From contig JAANOX010000279.1 of the NCBI GenBank assembly GCA_020184695.1, positions 62,001 to 126,000 of the forward strand: DNA of 64,000 bases, read 5' to 3'. Shown here one piece after another: positions 23,222 through 34,720 of the stretch (positions are counted from its first letter, which is position 1; every line of letters starts with the position of its first letter). Made by a program: the position numbers and the translations under genes. The stretch is from Histomonas meleagridis 2922-C6/04-290x (taxonomy: Eukaryota; Protista; Parabasalia). Below the pieces are notes generated by a model. That model saw only the letters and a program-made list of their open reading frames with translations, searched no databases and was not told the DNA's origin.

Positions 23222-25117
23222 TTATATTTGTTCAATAAATTTTTCTTCTTGAAAATCTTCAGCAAATGGATCTTCTTCAATATTTATGTTACTTATTCCC
23301 GTAGTAAATGTATTTGTCGTTTCGTTTTCATTTTGTTCTGATTTATCATTTTCATAAATTTCTTCTTTTTTATTTCGAATATGTGTCAATAATATAATTA
23401 ATAATATGATAATTACTATTACTATAACGATTACACAAACAGAAATGATGATAATTGTTGTTTTATTATCGTTATTTTGATTATTATTATCAGTGTAAAA
23501 CATTGTAAAGAAATTGGAATAATAATTATAATAAGTCGAATAAATAACAATCGTGTAATTGTAATAAATAAATTCTGTTTCAATATATGAAAATGTCGAA
23601 TTATTTATATATAATGAAAATGTTTTCGTTTGTGTTTCATAAATAGTTAATGAATGTGTAATTGATAATGTAACTGTTAATGTATATGAAAATGATAATG
23701 ATAATGAAATATCACTTTGAAGTGATCCAGTAAATGTATTCGAATTAGAAAATGTATTTGATTGACTAAATGAATATAATTCTGGGGATGATCTTGAATC
23801 TGACTGTGCATATGTATTCGAATTAGAAAATGTATTTGATTGACTAAATGAATGTGTTGCAAGTGGTTCGCATATTCTTTCTGTGGATTCGCTAACAACA
23901 TCTAAATGTCCAAATTTATTTCCTACATATGTTGAATATGTGATAACACTTGTTGATACATTATAAAATGCACCTTCACCAATTTCTGGTTCTTTGTCTC
24001 CATAATAATATATACATCGAAGTTTATTACAATCCCCAAATGCTGAATCTCCAATTTCTCTGATTCCATATCCAAGGATTAATATCCTTAAATTAGAACA
24101 GAATGAAAACGCTCCACCGCCAATTGTTGTAACTGAATTTGGAATTGTAATGTTTTTGATTGATGAACACAATGAAAATGCTGAACCTCCAATTTCTGTA
24201 ACACTTTCTCCAATTATAATCGTAACCAAATTAGAACATGACGAAAACACAGAACCTCCAATATTTGATACTGAATTACCAAAATTAACGGAAACAACTG
24301 AATGCCATCCTGAAAATGAATCACTTGGAATTGAATAAATATTTTCACTCATAGTTATAAATTTTGTGTTATTTTGATACTGATCAATATCAATAAAATC
24401 ATTTGAATTTGTGATTGAAAGTGTTGAATTATCTTTATGAAATATTTCATAAGATTTTGTGAAAAATATAACAGAAATGAGAATGAAAATATTTTCAATT
24501 TTTTTCTGATCTTTTGCTTTCAATATATATTTGGTCGTCAATATTTTCTGAACTAAAATTGTGTTTTTCTGATAAAATTTGATATATATAACCGAAAATG
24601 TCATTGAAAAAATGAAGGTTAAATGAAGTAAAACATTGAAAATATTTGGTCCTTCTTCGTTGTCGTTTCGCATCATCAAAAAATGTGAAAATTCACGTTT
24701 TATAGAAGATATATATTCATAACATTTGTTCAAAGCTTCCTCAAGTATGCCGTTATTAACAAATATCTTGATTTCAAAGTCTTCTTTCAAAATGCTTGAA
24801 AAATATGTTCTTTGAAAATTTTGTTTGTTATTAAAATCATGATGTGTCAGTACTGTAGATTTGTTGTTAAGCCTTGAATTTAAGTATAAGTTTCTGATCA
24901 AAACTTTATAATAATTATTGTTAAATCTTTTAAATTTTTTGGTCATAATTTCATTATTTAAAACTTCTCTATCACATTGGTAAGTCATTCCTTCTTTGCT
25001 TTTGTCTTTTTGTATTTGTAATATTTCTTTTTGAATGATATAGGGTGTAATAAGCTTTATATCGTTTCTGAATCGCTTTGTCATGAGCAGAATGCTGAAC
25101 AAATAAAAGATTCTCAT
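23222..25117 (-). CDS. BspA-like (TpLRR) leucine-rich-repeat surface protein, type I membrane; true start uncertain
   Basis: TpLRR repeats (IIIGESVTEIGGSAFSLCSSIKNITIPNSVTTIGGGAFSFC), S/T-rich stalk (SQSNTFSNSNTF), TM helix and acidic tail EEDPFAEDFQEEKFIEQI. Confidence 0.85.
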   Translation of the reverse strand: MRIFYLFSILLMTKRFRNDIKLITPYIIQKEILQIQKDKSKEGMTYQCDREVLNNEIMTKKFKRFNNNYYKVLIRNLYLNSRLNNKSTVLTHHDFNNKQNFQRTYFSSILKEDFEIKIFVNNGILEEALNKCYEYISSIKREFSHFLMMRNDNEEGPNIFNVLLHLTFIFSMTFSVIYIKFYQKNTILVQKILTTKYILKAKDQKKIENIFILISVIFFTKSYEIFHKDNSTLSITNSNDFIDIDQYQNNTKFITMSENIYSIPSDSFSGWHSVVSVNFGNSVSNIGGSVFSSCSNLVTIIIGESVTEIGGSAFSLCSSIKNITIPNSVTTIGGGAFSFCSNLRILILGYGIREIGDSAFGDCNKLRCIYYYGDKEPEIGEGAFYNVSTSVITYSTYVGNKFGHLDVVSESTERICEPLATHSFSQSNTFSNSNTYAQSDSRSSPELYSFSQSNTFSNSNTFTGSLQSDISLSLSFSYTLTVTLSITHSLTIYETQTKTFSLYINNSTFSYIETEFIYYNYTIVIYSTYYNYYSNFFTMFYTDNNNQNNDNKTTIIIISVCVIVIVIVIIILLIILLTHIRNKKEEIYENDKSEQNENETTNTFTTGISNINIEEDPFAEDFQEEKFIEQI

Positions 25118-27051
25118 GCTTCAGCTTGTAATATACTTCTAGGCCTTCACCAAATATACATCGGCTTTCTCAAAAGTTCAAAATCTCACGGTTAAACGTT
25201 AGAACCCCTGTTGTATAATTATAGTTTTTCACATCAACTTAGAGATATTTGAATTCACATTTTAGAATGACAATCAAAGGAACGACTTTAAAACATTATG
25301 AAGACACTTTTGAATAACATGATGAACGTATGTTATAGAGCTGTATTTGTGCTTTAATTTGATGTGTCTTTTGTCTGTTTATATCGTTTTTGTCATAATG
25401 AAAATTCATTCTTTTATAATACATTAATTATTCTTTTATTTTAGATTTTAAGTCTATTATTCTGTAAAAAAAGCTTGATGCACATAATCCTTTAATGTAT
25501 CTACAAATTAGAAAATATTTTCTGATTTTATGATATATCAATCCAAGTAAAATTCATCAAATTTCATTCAAAAAGTGCTAACATTTAATGTAAATGTAAT
25601 CATAATTCAAATTTAATCGGTGTTCAAACAATATTCCCTTGTTATATCTAAAGACAGTTATACATCTTCAAAATTCAAAATTTCTTATTAAAACAATGTA
25701 AAAAAAAACATTAAAAAGTCAAAATGATAATATCGTTAATATGATTTCATTTTATTTTATACAACAACAAAATAATTTTGTATAAAAATTAAATTAAAAA
25801 ATTTTCATTGTTACATATTTTATTCATAGCCAATTGTCTTCATCTTCTTTCACAATATCTTCAACTAAACTATTTACTTCTTCGATTTGCTTTGTACTTG
25901 ATGTTGTCGTGTCCTTAAATTGTAACTTTGATTTCGATTTTTCTTTCTTATTATTACTTCTCACTAAAAATATAACAATTCCAACAATGATCAAAACAAA
26001 TGCAAATGATCCGCAAATAATTCCAATCAAAGCATTTGTCGTAATTCCATTTGGTGAATTTTCATTAGAAGTGTAAAACATTGTAAAGAAATTGGAATAA
26101 TAATTATAATAAGTCGAATAAATAACAATCGTGTAATTGTAATAAATAAATTCTGTTTCAATATATGAAAATGTCGAATTATTTATATATAATGAAAATG
26201 TTTTCGTTTGTGTTTCATAAATAGTTAATGAATGTGTAATTGATAATGTAACTGTTAATGTATATGAAAATGATAATGATAATGAAATATCACTTTGAAG
26301 TGATCCAGTAAATGTATTCGAATTAGAAAATGTATTTGATTGACTAAATGAATATAATTCTGGGGATGATCTTGAATCTGACTGTGCATATGTATTCGAA
26401 TTAGAAAATGTATTTGATTGACTAAATGAATGTGTTGCAAGTGGTTCGCATATTCTTTCTGTGGATTCGCTAACAACATCTAAATGTCCAAATTTATTTC
26501 CTACATATGTTGAATATGTGATAACACTTGTTGATACATTATAAAATGCACCTTCACCAATTTCTGGTTCTTTGTCTCCATAATAATATATACATCGAAG
26601 TTTATTACAATCCCCAAATGCTGAATCTCCAATTTCTCTGATTCCATATCCAAGGATTAATATCCTTAAATTAGAACAGAATGAAAACGCTCCACCGCCA
26701 ATTGTTGTAACTGAATTTGGAATTGTAATGTTTTTGATTGATGAACACAATGAAAATGCTGAACCTCCAATTTCTGTAACACTTTCTCCAATTATAATCG
26801 TAACCAAATTAGAACATGACGAAAACACAGAACCTCCAATATTTGATACTGAATTACCAAAATTAACGGAAACAACTGAATGCCATCCTGAAAATGAATC
26901 ACTTGGAATTGAATAAATATTTTCACTCATAGTTATAAATTTTGTGTTATTTTGATACTGATCAATATCAATAAAATCATTTGAATTTGTGATTGAAAGT
27001 GTTGAATTATCTTTATGAAATATTTCATAAGATTTTGTGAAAAATATAACA
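23492..27051. repeat. Direct duplication of 982 bp: 23492-24473 and 26070-27051 (offset 2578)
   Basis: The BspA core proteins and their shadow ORFs (23677/26255 and 24150/26728) are identical. Both boundaries were located by eye and no internal mismatch was noticed. Confidence 0.9.
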
Positions 27052-27095
27052 AAAATAAAAACATTTTTCTGTTTTTTCTTTCCATTTGTTTTCAT
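25824..27095 (-). CDS. BspA-like (TpLRR) surface protein, paralog sharing the ectodomain of 23222-25117; probable start MKTNG at 27095 (ORF is open to 27590)
   Basis: Same LRR and stalk sequence but a different TM and tail (…VEDIVKEDEDNWL). MKTNGKKKQKNVFIFVIFF resembles a signal peptide. Confidence 0.85.
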   Translation of the reverse strand: MKTNGKKKQKNVFIFVIFFTKSYEIFHKDNSTLSITNSNDFIDIDQYQNNTKFITMSENIYSIPSDSFSGWHSVVSVNFGNSVSNIGGSVFSSCSNLVTIIIGESVTEIGGSAFSLCSSIKNITIPNSVTTIGGGAFSFCSNLRILILGYGIREIGDSAFGDCNKLRCIYYYGDKEPEIGEGAFYNVSTSVITYSTYVGNKFGHLDVVSESTERICEPLATHSFSQSNTFSNSNTYAQSDSRSSPELYSFSQSNTFSNSNTFTGSLQSDISLSLSFSYTLTVTLSITHSLTIYETQTKTFSLYINNSTFSYIETEFIYYNYTIVIYSTYYNYYSNFFTMFYTSNENSPNGITTNALIGIICGSFAFVLIIVGIVIFLVRSNNKKEKSKSKLQFKDTTTSSTKQIEEVNSLVEDIVKEDEDNWL

Positions 27096-28880
27096 TTTAT
27101 AAATTAAAAATTTGATTTCATAAAATAAAAAAAGTCCCAAAATAAAAAAGTTATACATTAGAACTTGAGCAGTTTCATTGAATTTAAACATTTTCTTCAT
27201 GAAGCCATTATTCATTGAAACTGGTAAATAAGCTTTTAATGGAAAATGATTAAACAAAGAAAAGAATTTGAAATAATGTTTAACATATGATATAGGTAGC
27301 TTTAACAAATGGGAATGATGCTGATATTCTTCTGTGATATAATTAAATGTATTTGATTCATTCGCTGTTTGCATAATAAAATTTGTGACTTTAATGGATA
27401 CACTCTCTTTGTTATAGGCTGAGTATGTTAAATATTTAAACCCTTTGGATTCTAAAGTAAGGTAAGGGGAGTGTTTGAGAATTTGAGAAATAGATAATTG
27501 ATCACTAAAAATCTTTGAACCTGAATTTTTTGGAGAGATTTGTAATAAGCAAAAAAAATACATGGGTAAAACCAAGAAGAGAGAACACATCTGCGAGAAA
27601 ACTTGGGAAACTTGCTAATAAATCAGTCAAAAACGATACAGAGAAATTCAACCGCGCCGCCTTTCCGTCAATTCATTTGTATAATTTTCGTTGAAACATG
27701 TTTTATTGTTTCTGCAATCGGAAGCTGTTTACAAAGCTGAAACGTAATGTTTTTATTAAAAAGTGTCAGAAAATTGCCTCGTTTATATTGTTGAAACACA
27801 GAAAAAAAATGATCGGAAGAAAGTGATTTTGCTTGTCGTCAAGGAAAGCTTTTGAAAGAAAAACTATCAAAAAGTTCGCATCAACACAATTAACAGACAA
27901 CGTATTGAATTTTGAATGCAGTATTTATCCAAACAACGGCCCGTTTTTGTTTCATCGATCTGAAAAGAAGCTGTCAACAAAATAAACGGTCGTTTCAAAT
28001 CAGAAAATCAATATTTATCATTTTCCACTAAACTAAATTTAAAGAAATATAAATTAATAAATATACACATTCTATTCAATAAAATTATTGTAACTAAATT
28101 TTGTTATCTCATTTTTTTTATGAGCAATCTCCAAAATTTCAAAAATAAATTTTGGGCTTTAGGATTAAAAACAGAAGTTCAAATTCAATATATATTGAAG
28201 TAATAATGGTTAATATTAATTTATATAATTGGTTTTTAGTTTTCGTTCTGTTTTTAAGTTATACAATATTTTCAATATCTATAGACAAAAGCAAAAATTC
28301 CAAAATCTGTCTTTGCAATTTTTTATAATTTATTTGTTCTATAAACCGGATAATTCTAGAAACGATTTATTCATTATTGGAGGCTCTGGACAAATAAGGA
28401 AGAATGACTTTTTGAATCGATTTTCGGTTACGAATTCATCAAGATTCGTTCCTCCACGAGTGAGCAATACTTACAAAAAAGAATTACAAAATTATACAGA
28501 AAATGAAAATATTTTAAACATTTTATTAACAATACTCGTATATACTGGTTTAGATGTGGTTAATTGGGAAGTCCATTTAAAAAAAAATATTAAAATTTTC
28601 ATTTAACAAAATATCTTATATTAATGATTTTTGAACACTTTGATTATGATTTAATTGTTAAATATGAAGAATTCAATTCCAAAAAGATGTTTTATACAAT
28701 ACAAACTGTTCCAAATAATTCATTAATGAATGAGATGTCATTTGAAGCATTATAAGTTTCAATTATAATTGTGTCGGTCGTTTATTTTCTTTTAAATTTC
28801 CGAAAAATATTATTGATATGTGTATCAAAAAAATTCCCTTTTATTATATATAAATTAGGATATGAATTTAAAATTTAGGG

Positions 28881-29407
28881 ATAACTATTGCCTCCAAAAA
28901 AGTAATGATATTCGTTATACGGTCTATAACTGGTATCAAATCAATAACAATGCTTTCAATAGGTCAAAAATTTAATCGAAATTTTATTCCTGAAGTTGTA
29001 CTTGGAGATTTGGCAAAAAGAATTTCAACTAAAAGGTATTTTTTGCACATGGATAACGCCCGACCTCATTTGGTTTATGAAAAATCGAATGAATTGGGCA
29101 TTAAAAGGCTTCCTCAACCGTTTTCGCCAGATCTCGCACCATCTGATTTTTTTCTGTTAGGATATTAAAAAAAAATGCTCGAAGGTGAGGAGTTTGAAGA
29201 TGAAGCTCAACTTTTTCAAAAGGTTGAGGCATTACTGTATAGTATTTCTAAAAACACCTGCAGAGCCGTATATAATGAATGGATGAACAGACTTTTGATT
29301 ACAATTGAAACTCAAGGTGAATACATAGCATAATAAATTTACAAATTTTTTTTTTACTTTTTTATTCATTGAAAAAAAGGCTGACGAACGCACTTTTACC
29401 ACCCCAT
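28881..29407 (+). mobile_element. Mariner-family transposase relic, 5'-truncated and frameshifted
   Basis: KKVMIFV, GQKFN, HMDNARPH and FSPDLAPSDFFLLGY are present. After a 1-nt shift it continues KKMLEGEEFEDE...EWMNRL..IETQGEYI*. A possible right terminus ...CACTTTTACCACCCCA-TA lies at 29391-29408; no left partner was found. Confidence 0.8.
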
Positions 29408-29568
29408 ATAATTCATCATTTACTTTTAGTGTTTATGATTTGGATAAATTAGATTTACTATAATAATCATATAATAGAAGAAACATAAAATTTGCTAAAT
29501 AACACAAAAGTTTGTATTTATTAAATTAATAAACAAATTAAAATATTTTGTTCTTAAAATATGTTTAC

Positions 29569-30542
29569 TTATATCTGACTGATAAATTTTTCTTCTTTGA
29601 AATCGTCTGCAAATGGATCTTCTTCAATATTTGAATTATTAATACCAACTGAAAATGTATTATCTAAACATTAATTTTATTATTATTTTCATCTGAAATA
29701 TTCATTTCTTCTTCATTTTGTTTCCACTTCTTATTTTGATATTTAATCATAAAAATTATAATTATCATTACAAATACAATAATTATTACAATTACAATAA
29801 CAATTATAATGATAATTAATTTATTATTATCATCAGTGTTTATTATTACATCTTCGATATAAGAAATATAAAAGAAATTCGAATAATAAGTAAAATATTC
29901 TGGATAATATATAATTGTATAATTATAATATATGAAATCGACATAAATATATTTAGTTTCAGATTCAATGAAAGTAAATGAATAAGATTTTATGAATGTA
30001 TAATAATCTGATAAAGTTTTTATAAACGATAAAGAATAAGTTAAAGTATAAGTGTTAACGAAAGTAAAATTCATCGAAAATGTATTAACATAAGTATTTG
30101 AATCAAAATTATTTTTTGATTTCGTAAATGTGTTTGAATTAGCAAATGTATTTATGTTAGTAAATGTATCACTTTGTGTGAATGTGAATGTGCGTGTTGG
30201 CGGGAGACATTCGTCAAGTGTTGTTCCAAGCTCGCCAACATCAATAATTATAACACGTTCTGTAACATTCATATAATCTTTTGAATAATCATTGAAATCA
30301 GATATTGTGAGTGTTTTTGTCTCTTCGTTATATGATTGCTTTGTATTAACAAAAAATATAATCATTAAAATCAGAATAACTTCGTTTTTTTGATGAATGA
30401 TTTTCTGATTAAAATAAATTTTGGAAAAGAAAGTAAAAACAAAAAATATAAATACGAACAGTGTTATATTTGAATACGTAGAAGTAATTAAGGCATTATA
30501 TATCTTTGGTAGATTTTTAAGAATATTATTGCTGCAATTCAT
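29569..30542 (-). pseudogene. BspA-family surface protein lacking the LRR domain; tail displaced by a 1-nt frameshift near 29665
   Basis: BspA-type N-terminus (MIIFFVNTKQSYNEETKTLTISDFND), S/T stalk and TM. A shifted frame after the TAG encodes DNTFSVGINNSNIEEDPFADDFKEEKFISQI*, matching the tail of 23222-25117. Confidence 0.75.
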
Positions 30543-31787
30543 TGATAAATTACATTGAAAACTTTCACTAAAATGATAAATATTATGCAGGATATGAAAG
30601 ATTGCAGTTATTTTGGAATCAAAATACGAAATTATTAAATTTGAAGAAACAAAATGCTTAAAACCTATTCTATTGTTATTTAGAGAATTGTTGAGTGAAA
30701 CGAATTGCAGTAAATGATTTATGTTGTTTGCTGTTTGAATTTTTTGTAAAAATATTTTGCTCTTTATGTGTTTTCTCTTGTTACTTGGGATGTAATGAAT
30801 GCTTTTGCTATGTACATGCTTGTTCGTTGTTTTATTTTCAGTGAGAGAATCAAAATTATATTTGAAATAAAAACATGTTTGCTGAAATTTATGAGGAGGA
30901 TGAAAGTGCCAATGTGAATTAATGTTATCATTAATTGAGAATGGACATTATATTTCATCGATTTGGTATATGCGTTTCCAATATAAATCTGGTTTGGTTG
31001 TAACGAAAAACCTATAATTTTTCATTAGAAATGTGTGTAACAGCTGTTTTTCGATGTGACATGTGAGTTTTAATCGAAATTATTTTGGATGCCGAGGCAC
31101 ACACATGAATCATTAGGTGACATGGAAAGATCTCATTTACTTGCTCACAAGTGAGGACTTGACATTTGAATGGATTTAAGGGAAAACGACAAGAAACGAC
31201 CAACTTTTTATTAAGAGAAAGTTTCAATTGAATGTTCATTCAACTTTTGTGTGTCTATGTCAAAATTGTATACTCACGAATGAAGATATGATGATCAATC
31301 ATAAAAGGAAATATATACATATATAGATGTTTATTTATTCATTTTCAAATAAATCATTCTCGACATAGTTCGTACTGTTGAAATAGTTTTCTATTCACAC
31401 GTTTAGGTATAAATTTAACGGTCTTTCGTACAAAGGGTCCTGTTTTCTAAACGGTCGTTTGGCACCAAATATAATTAAATTGTCTCGTTGTTGACATTAT
31501 TTTAATTTTTGAAAAATATATAGCAAAGATTAATCATAACAGTAGATGAAATTCTTGAATGTTTCTTAGACAATAACTTTTATTTAAAGATTTGACGATC
31601 CAAAATGAAACAAATATATTTTCATATAAAATTGGTTTACGCATGTGATGATAGGTGTTTTATATATTTCATCATATTATATTATTGATATTAAAAATAA
31701 TCGAATTTTAATAAAAGAGTTATTGACTTTCTAGTTAGAATTGATTAGTCAAAAAAATATTTTGCATTTTTTCGATAAGACGATTTA

Positions 31788-33300
31788 TAGTCCAATTCAA
31801 AAGGGTTGGGACAAACGATAGAAGATTTTTATCGTATCGTAAAGTATTTAATTTAAGTTTTACATTTTATTATGCTCAAAATCACTCAAACTAAAAAATA
31901 AAAAATTGCATTCGATGCAGGAAAAGGTTTAACAGTGCGTCAAATTAGTAAAAAGAAGGATGTTTCAAAATCTTGAGTCTATCGAATTTTATTAAATATG
32001 AAGATTGGGGAACCTCATTCATTCAGGGTCGACCCTCATTCACAGTTTAGATATCATTTTGTTGCAATGAATATTTTGAAAGACCCTAGTATAACGAATA
32101 GAACAATTTCGAGTTTAAGTTGTGATTATGAATTCAAAATGTCGGAGTCAACTGTTGAGAGGATTTCAGCAGCAATCGGCTTCAAAGCTAAATATCAACA
32201 GCCCAAGGAAAAACTCACCGAAAATAAAAAAGTATATCGAGTTCGTTTTGCCAAAGAAATACCCAAAACCTTACCTTATTTATTGCCTTGGTGCTCTTCA
32301 GATGAATGCATCATTGCATTAGAACCATATAAGAGAAAAGTTAGGGTATTTCCTGGTATCCAATGTGACGAACAATATTATGAAAAAGAGGGATATCCCT
32401 TCAAAATCATGGTCGGGGAATGCATTTCAAAGGAATTCAAATCAAATCTTATGAAAATTGAAGGAAATTTGAATGCAGAATTCTATCAAAAAATGTTGGC
32501 AGAAAACCAAATCTTTGAAAAGTTAAATGACAGATTTGGTCCAAAATGTTTTGTTTTCCAACAAGATGAAGCAAGACCTCACACAGCAAAGTCAACAAAA
32601 CTGTATTTAGAAGGGAGAGTAACAATGTTACCTGATGATCTTCACTGGCCATCATCATCCCCGGATCTCAATGTCATTGAGATATGTTGGTCGATCATTA
32701 AATCCAAAATCAATTATCAAGAAATTCACACAGCAGACGATCTCTATCGAGCTGCTTCTGAAGCTTGAAACAATATTTCCATAGAAACGATCAATCTTCT
32801 GATTGAATCATTTGATGCAAGACTTAGCACTTGCATCTCTCTCAGGGGAAAAAGTCTTAATGGTTATCGCAAACGCGTTTCATTATATAAAAAATCCATT
32901 GATCATGGAAACAATTATATAATCAATTTAGATATAAAAAACAAGGAATAGCTACTTTCTTGGCTCATTCTCAGTTCTTTTTTAATCAGCTTAAAAAATC
33001 GAATGAACAACAATGTACATCCGAAAATTTTAATGAAAGTGTAATGATTTGTAATTTTTTACCTAAAAAAATGTATAAAAAAGCACGTATGCTCAAACCA
33101 TATCTGGTTCAACCTAAATAAGTTTATACTTTGAACTCGATCAGAAAAAAATTAATAAAAAACAAAATATCCAAAATTTTAGCTACTTTTCACTTAACAT
33201 GTTTAAAAGTATTCAATCTGCGTTCACGCGGTTGGGACAAAATTGAATACTTTTCTGTCAAGCTTGATATAGCTTGTCCCAACCCTTTTGGGTTAGCCTT
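31788..33300 (+). mobile_element. Full-length but decayed IS630-Tc1-mariner element (DD37E spacing), about 1.5 kb, with 27-bp imperfect TIRs and flanking TA
   Basis: The TIR core CAAAAGGGTTGGGACAA at 31798-31814 has its exact reverse complement at 33274-33290. TA dinucleotides sit 10 nt outside both cores (31786-87 and 33301-02). The transposase frame starts at ATG 31872 with in-frame stops and carries SDE, QQDEARPH and SPDLNVIE. Confidence 0.88.
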
Positions 33301-33786
33301 TATTTGCCTATAGTTCATTGACCGGACAACTTTTTCAATGCGTAAATGGTCGATTTGCTTGTTAGCCCCTAAATAACCGCTTTTTTTAGAACATAAATAT
33401 TTCATAAAATAAGCTGTCTGAATTATTTTTATTCATGCAATCTTATATTATATTAATGAGTGAATATAAATCCTAAATATCTAATGAATTTGCAGATATG
33501 AAATTTTCGATTTTTTGCAAGATTGTTATAAAAATTATTTTCAATGCCTATTTGATTAATCAAATAGTTTATATCATTACAACGATTTATCAGATAAAAT
33601 TACAAAACAATATAGCTGAGAGTTAAAATAAACTTAAACCATCAGCAAATGTATCCACTATGTCTAAAATATTTATATGAATATTTTGATATGAAATTAA
33701 TTTTTTTACTTTGTGATATATTTTCCGTCACTCAAAATATATAATATTTATTTAGTTACATATGATTTTACTATCTCATGATGATG

Positions 33787-33884
33787 CACACACAGCAGGG
33801 CGTCAGAGCTAAAGCTCTTTTGTCCTGCACGAGCTAAAGCTTGGTGTGTGGGGCGGCCACATCGAGCAAGCTCGCTGCGTCGCC
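33787..33884. other. GC-rich island of nested palindromes (branched hairpin plus a second hairpin)
   Basis: CACACAC(33787-93)/GTGTGTG(33844-50) encloses GCAGGGC/GTCCTGC around GAGC-TAAA-GCTC and a second GAGC-TAAA-GCTT. It is followed by GGCGGC..CGAGC-AA-GCTCG..GTCGCC (33852-33884). Confidence 0.75.
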
Positions 33885-33989
33885 GGAGAAAGTTTTACTT
33901 TTATAAGCATATATTCTAATGTGATAATGAAGTATTAAGCTTTTAGAAGATATCTGTCGAAATATCGTGTTTTTAGATGGTTGTAGAAT

Positions 33990-34685
33990 TACGATGTTTT
34001 TGCTTAAATCTATAGTATGTCCTCTTGTCCTAGATGTCCTAGTCTGTCCTAGGACGTACAACTTCATCTCAAACTTACCCGCAACACGCAATTTCGCAAC
34101 ACGAGTATTTTCTAACATATGATGTTGTATATATTTTTGCGTTGAAATTATTTTAATAATACCTATTTATAGAGGACATAGACAGACATATGAATTGTTG
34201 AATATAAATTGTTGAGATATGAATTGTTAACATATAAATTGTTGAGATATGAATTGTTGAGATATGAATTGTTAACATATAAATTGTTGAAATATAAATT
34301 GTTGAATATAAATTGTTGAATATGAATTGTTGAGATATGAATTGTTAACATATAAATTGTTGAAATATAAATTGTTGAGATATGAATTGTTGAGATATGA
34401 ATTGTTAACATATAAATTGTTGAAATATAAATTGTTGAATATGAATTGTTGAATATGAATTGTTGAGATAATATCTAACATAATAAATAATAATAATAGT
34501 ATCGTCTGTCTATGTCCTTTAAAAAAGGGTATTATCAAAATAATCCGTTAAGCAACAAGCAAAAAGCAATTATTAATGCGTTGTTGCGTAATTGCGTGTT
34601 GCGGGTAAGTTTTAGATGAAGTTGTACATCTTAGGACAGACTAGGATATTAAAGACATACTATAAATATAGCTTAAAACATTGTA
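33990..34685. repeat. Fold-back structure: about 190-bp inverted arms (33990-34187 and 34504-34685) around a 14-15-bp minisatellite (19 copies, 34187-34465)
   Basis: The core arms 34037-34093 and 34590-34646 are 54/57 complementary, and GGACATAGACAGAC/GTCTGTCTATGTCC mark the inner ends. The central unit is A[G/A/C]ATAT[G/A]AATTGTT[G/A]. Confidence 0.9.
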
Positions 34686-34720
34686 CTTTTGATATGTTAG
34701 AAATAATTCTAATGAAAACC

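Noticed and set aside
25185-25217. Possible transposon terminus (…AACGTTAGAACCCCTGTTG-TA)
   Set aside because: No inverted partner or transposase was found nearby.
34163-34538. ORFs 34163-34411 and 34272-34538
   Set aside because: They are translations of the 14-15-bp minisatellite.
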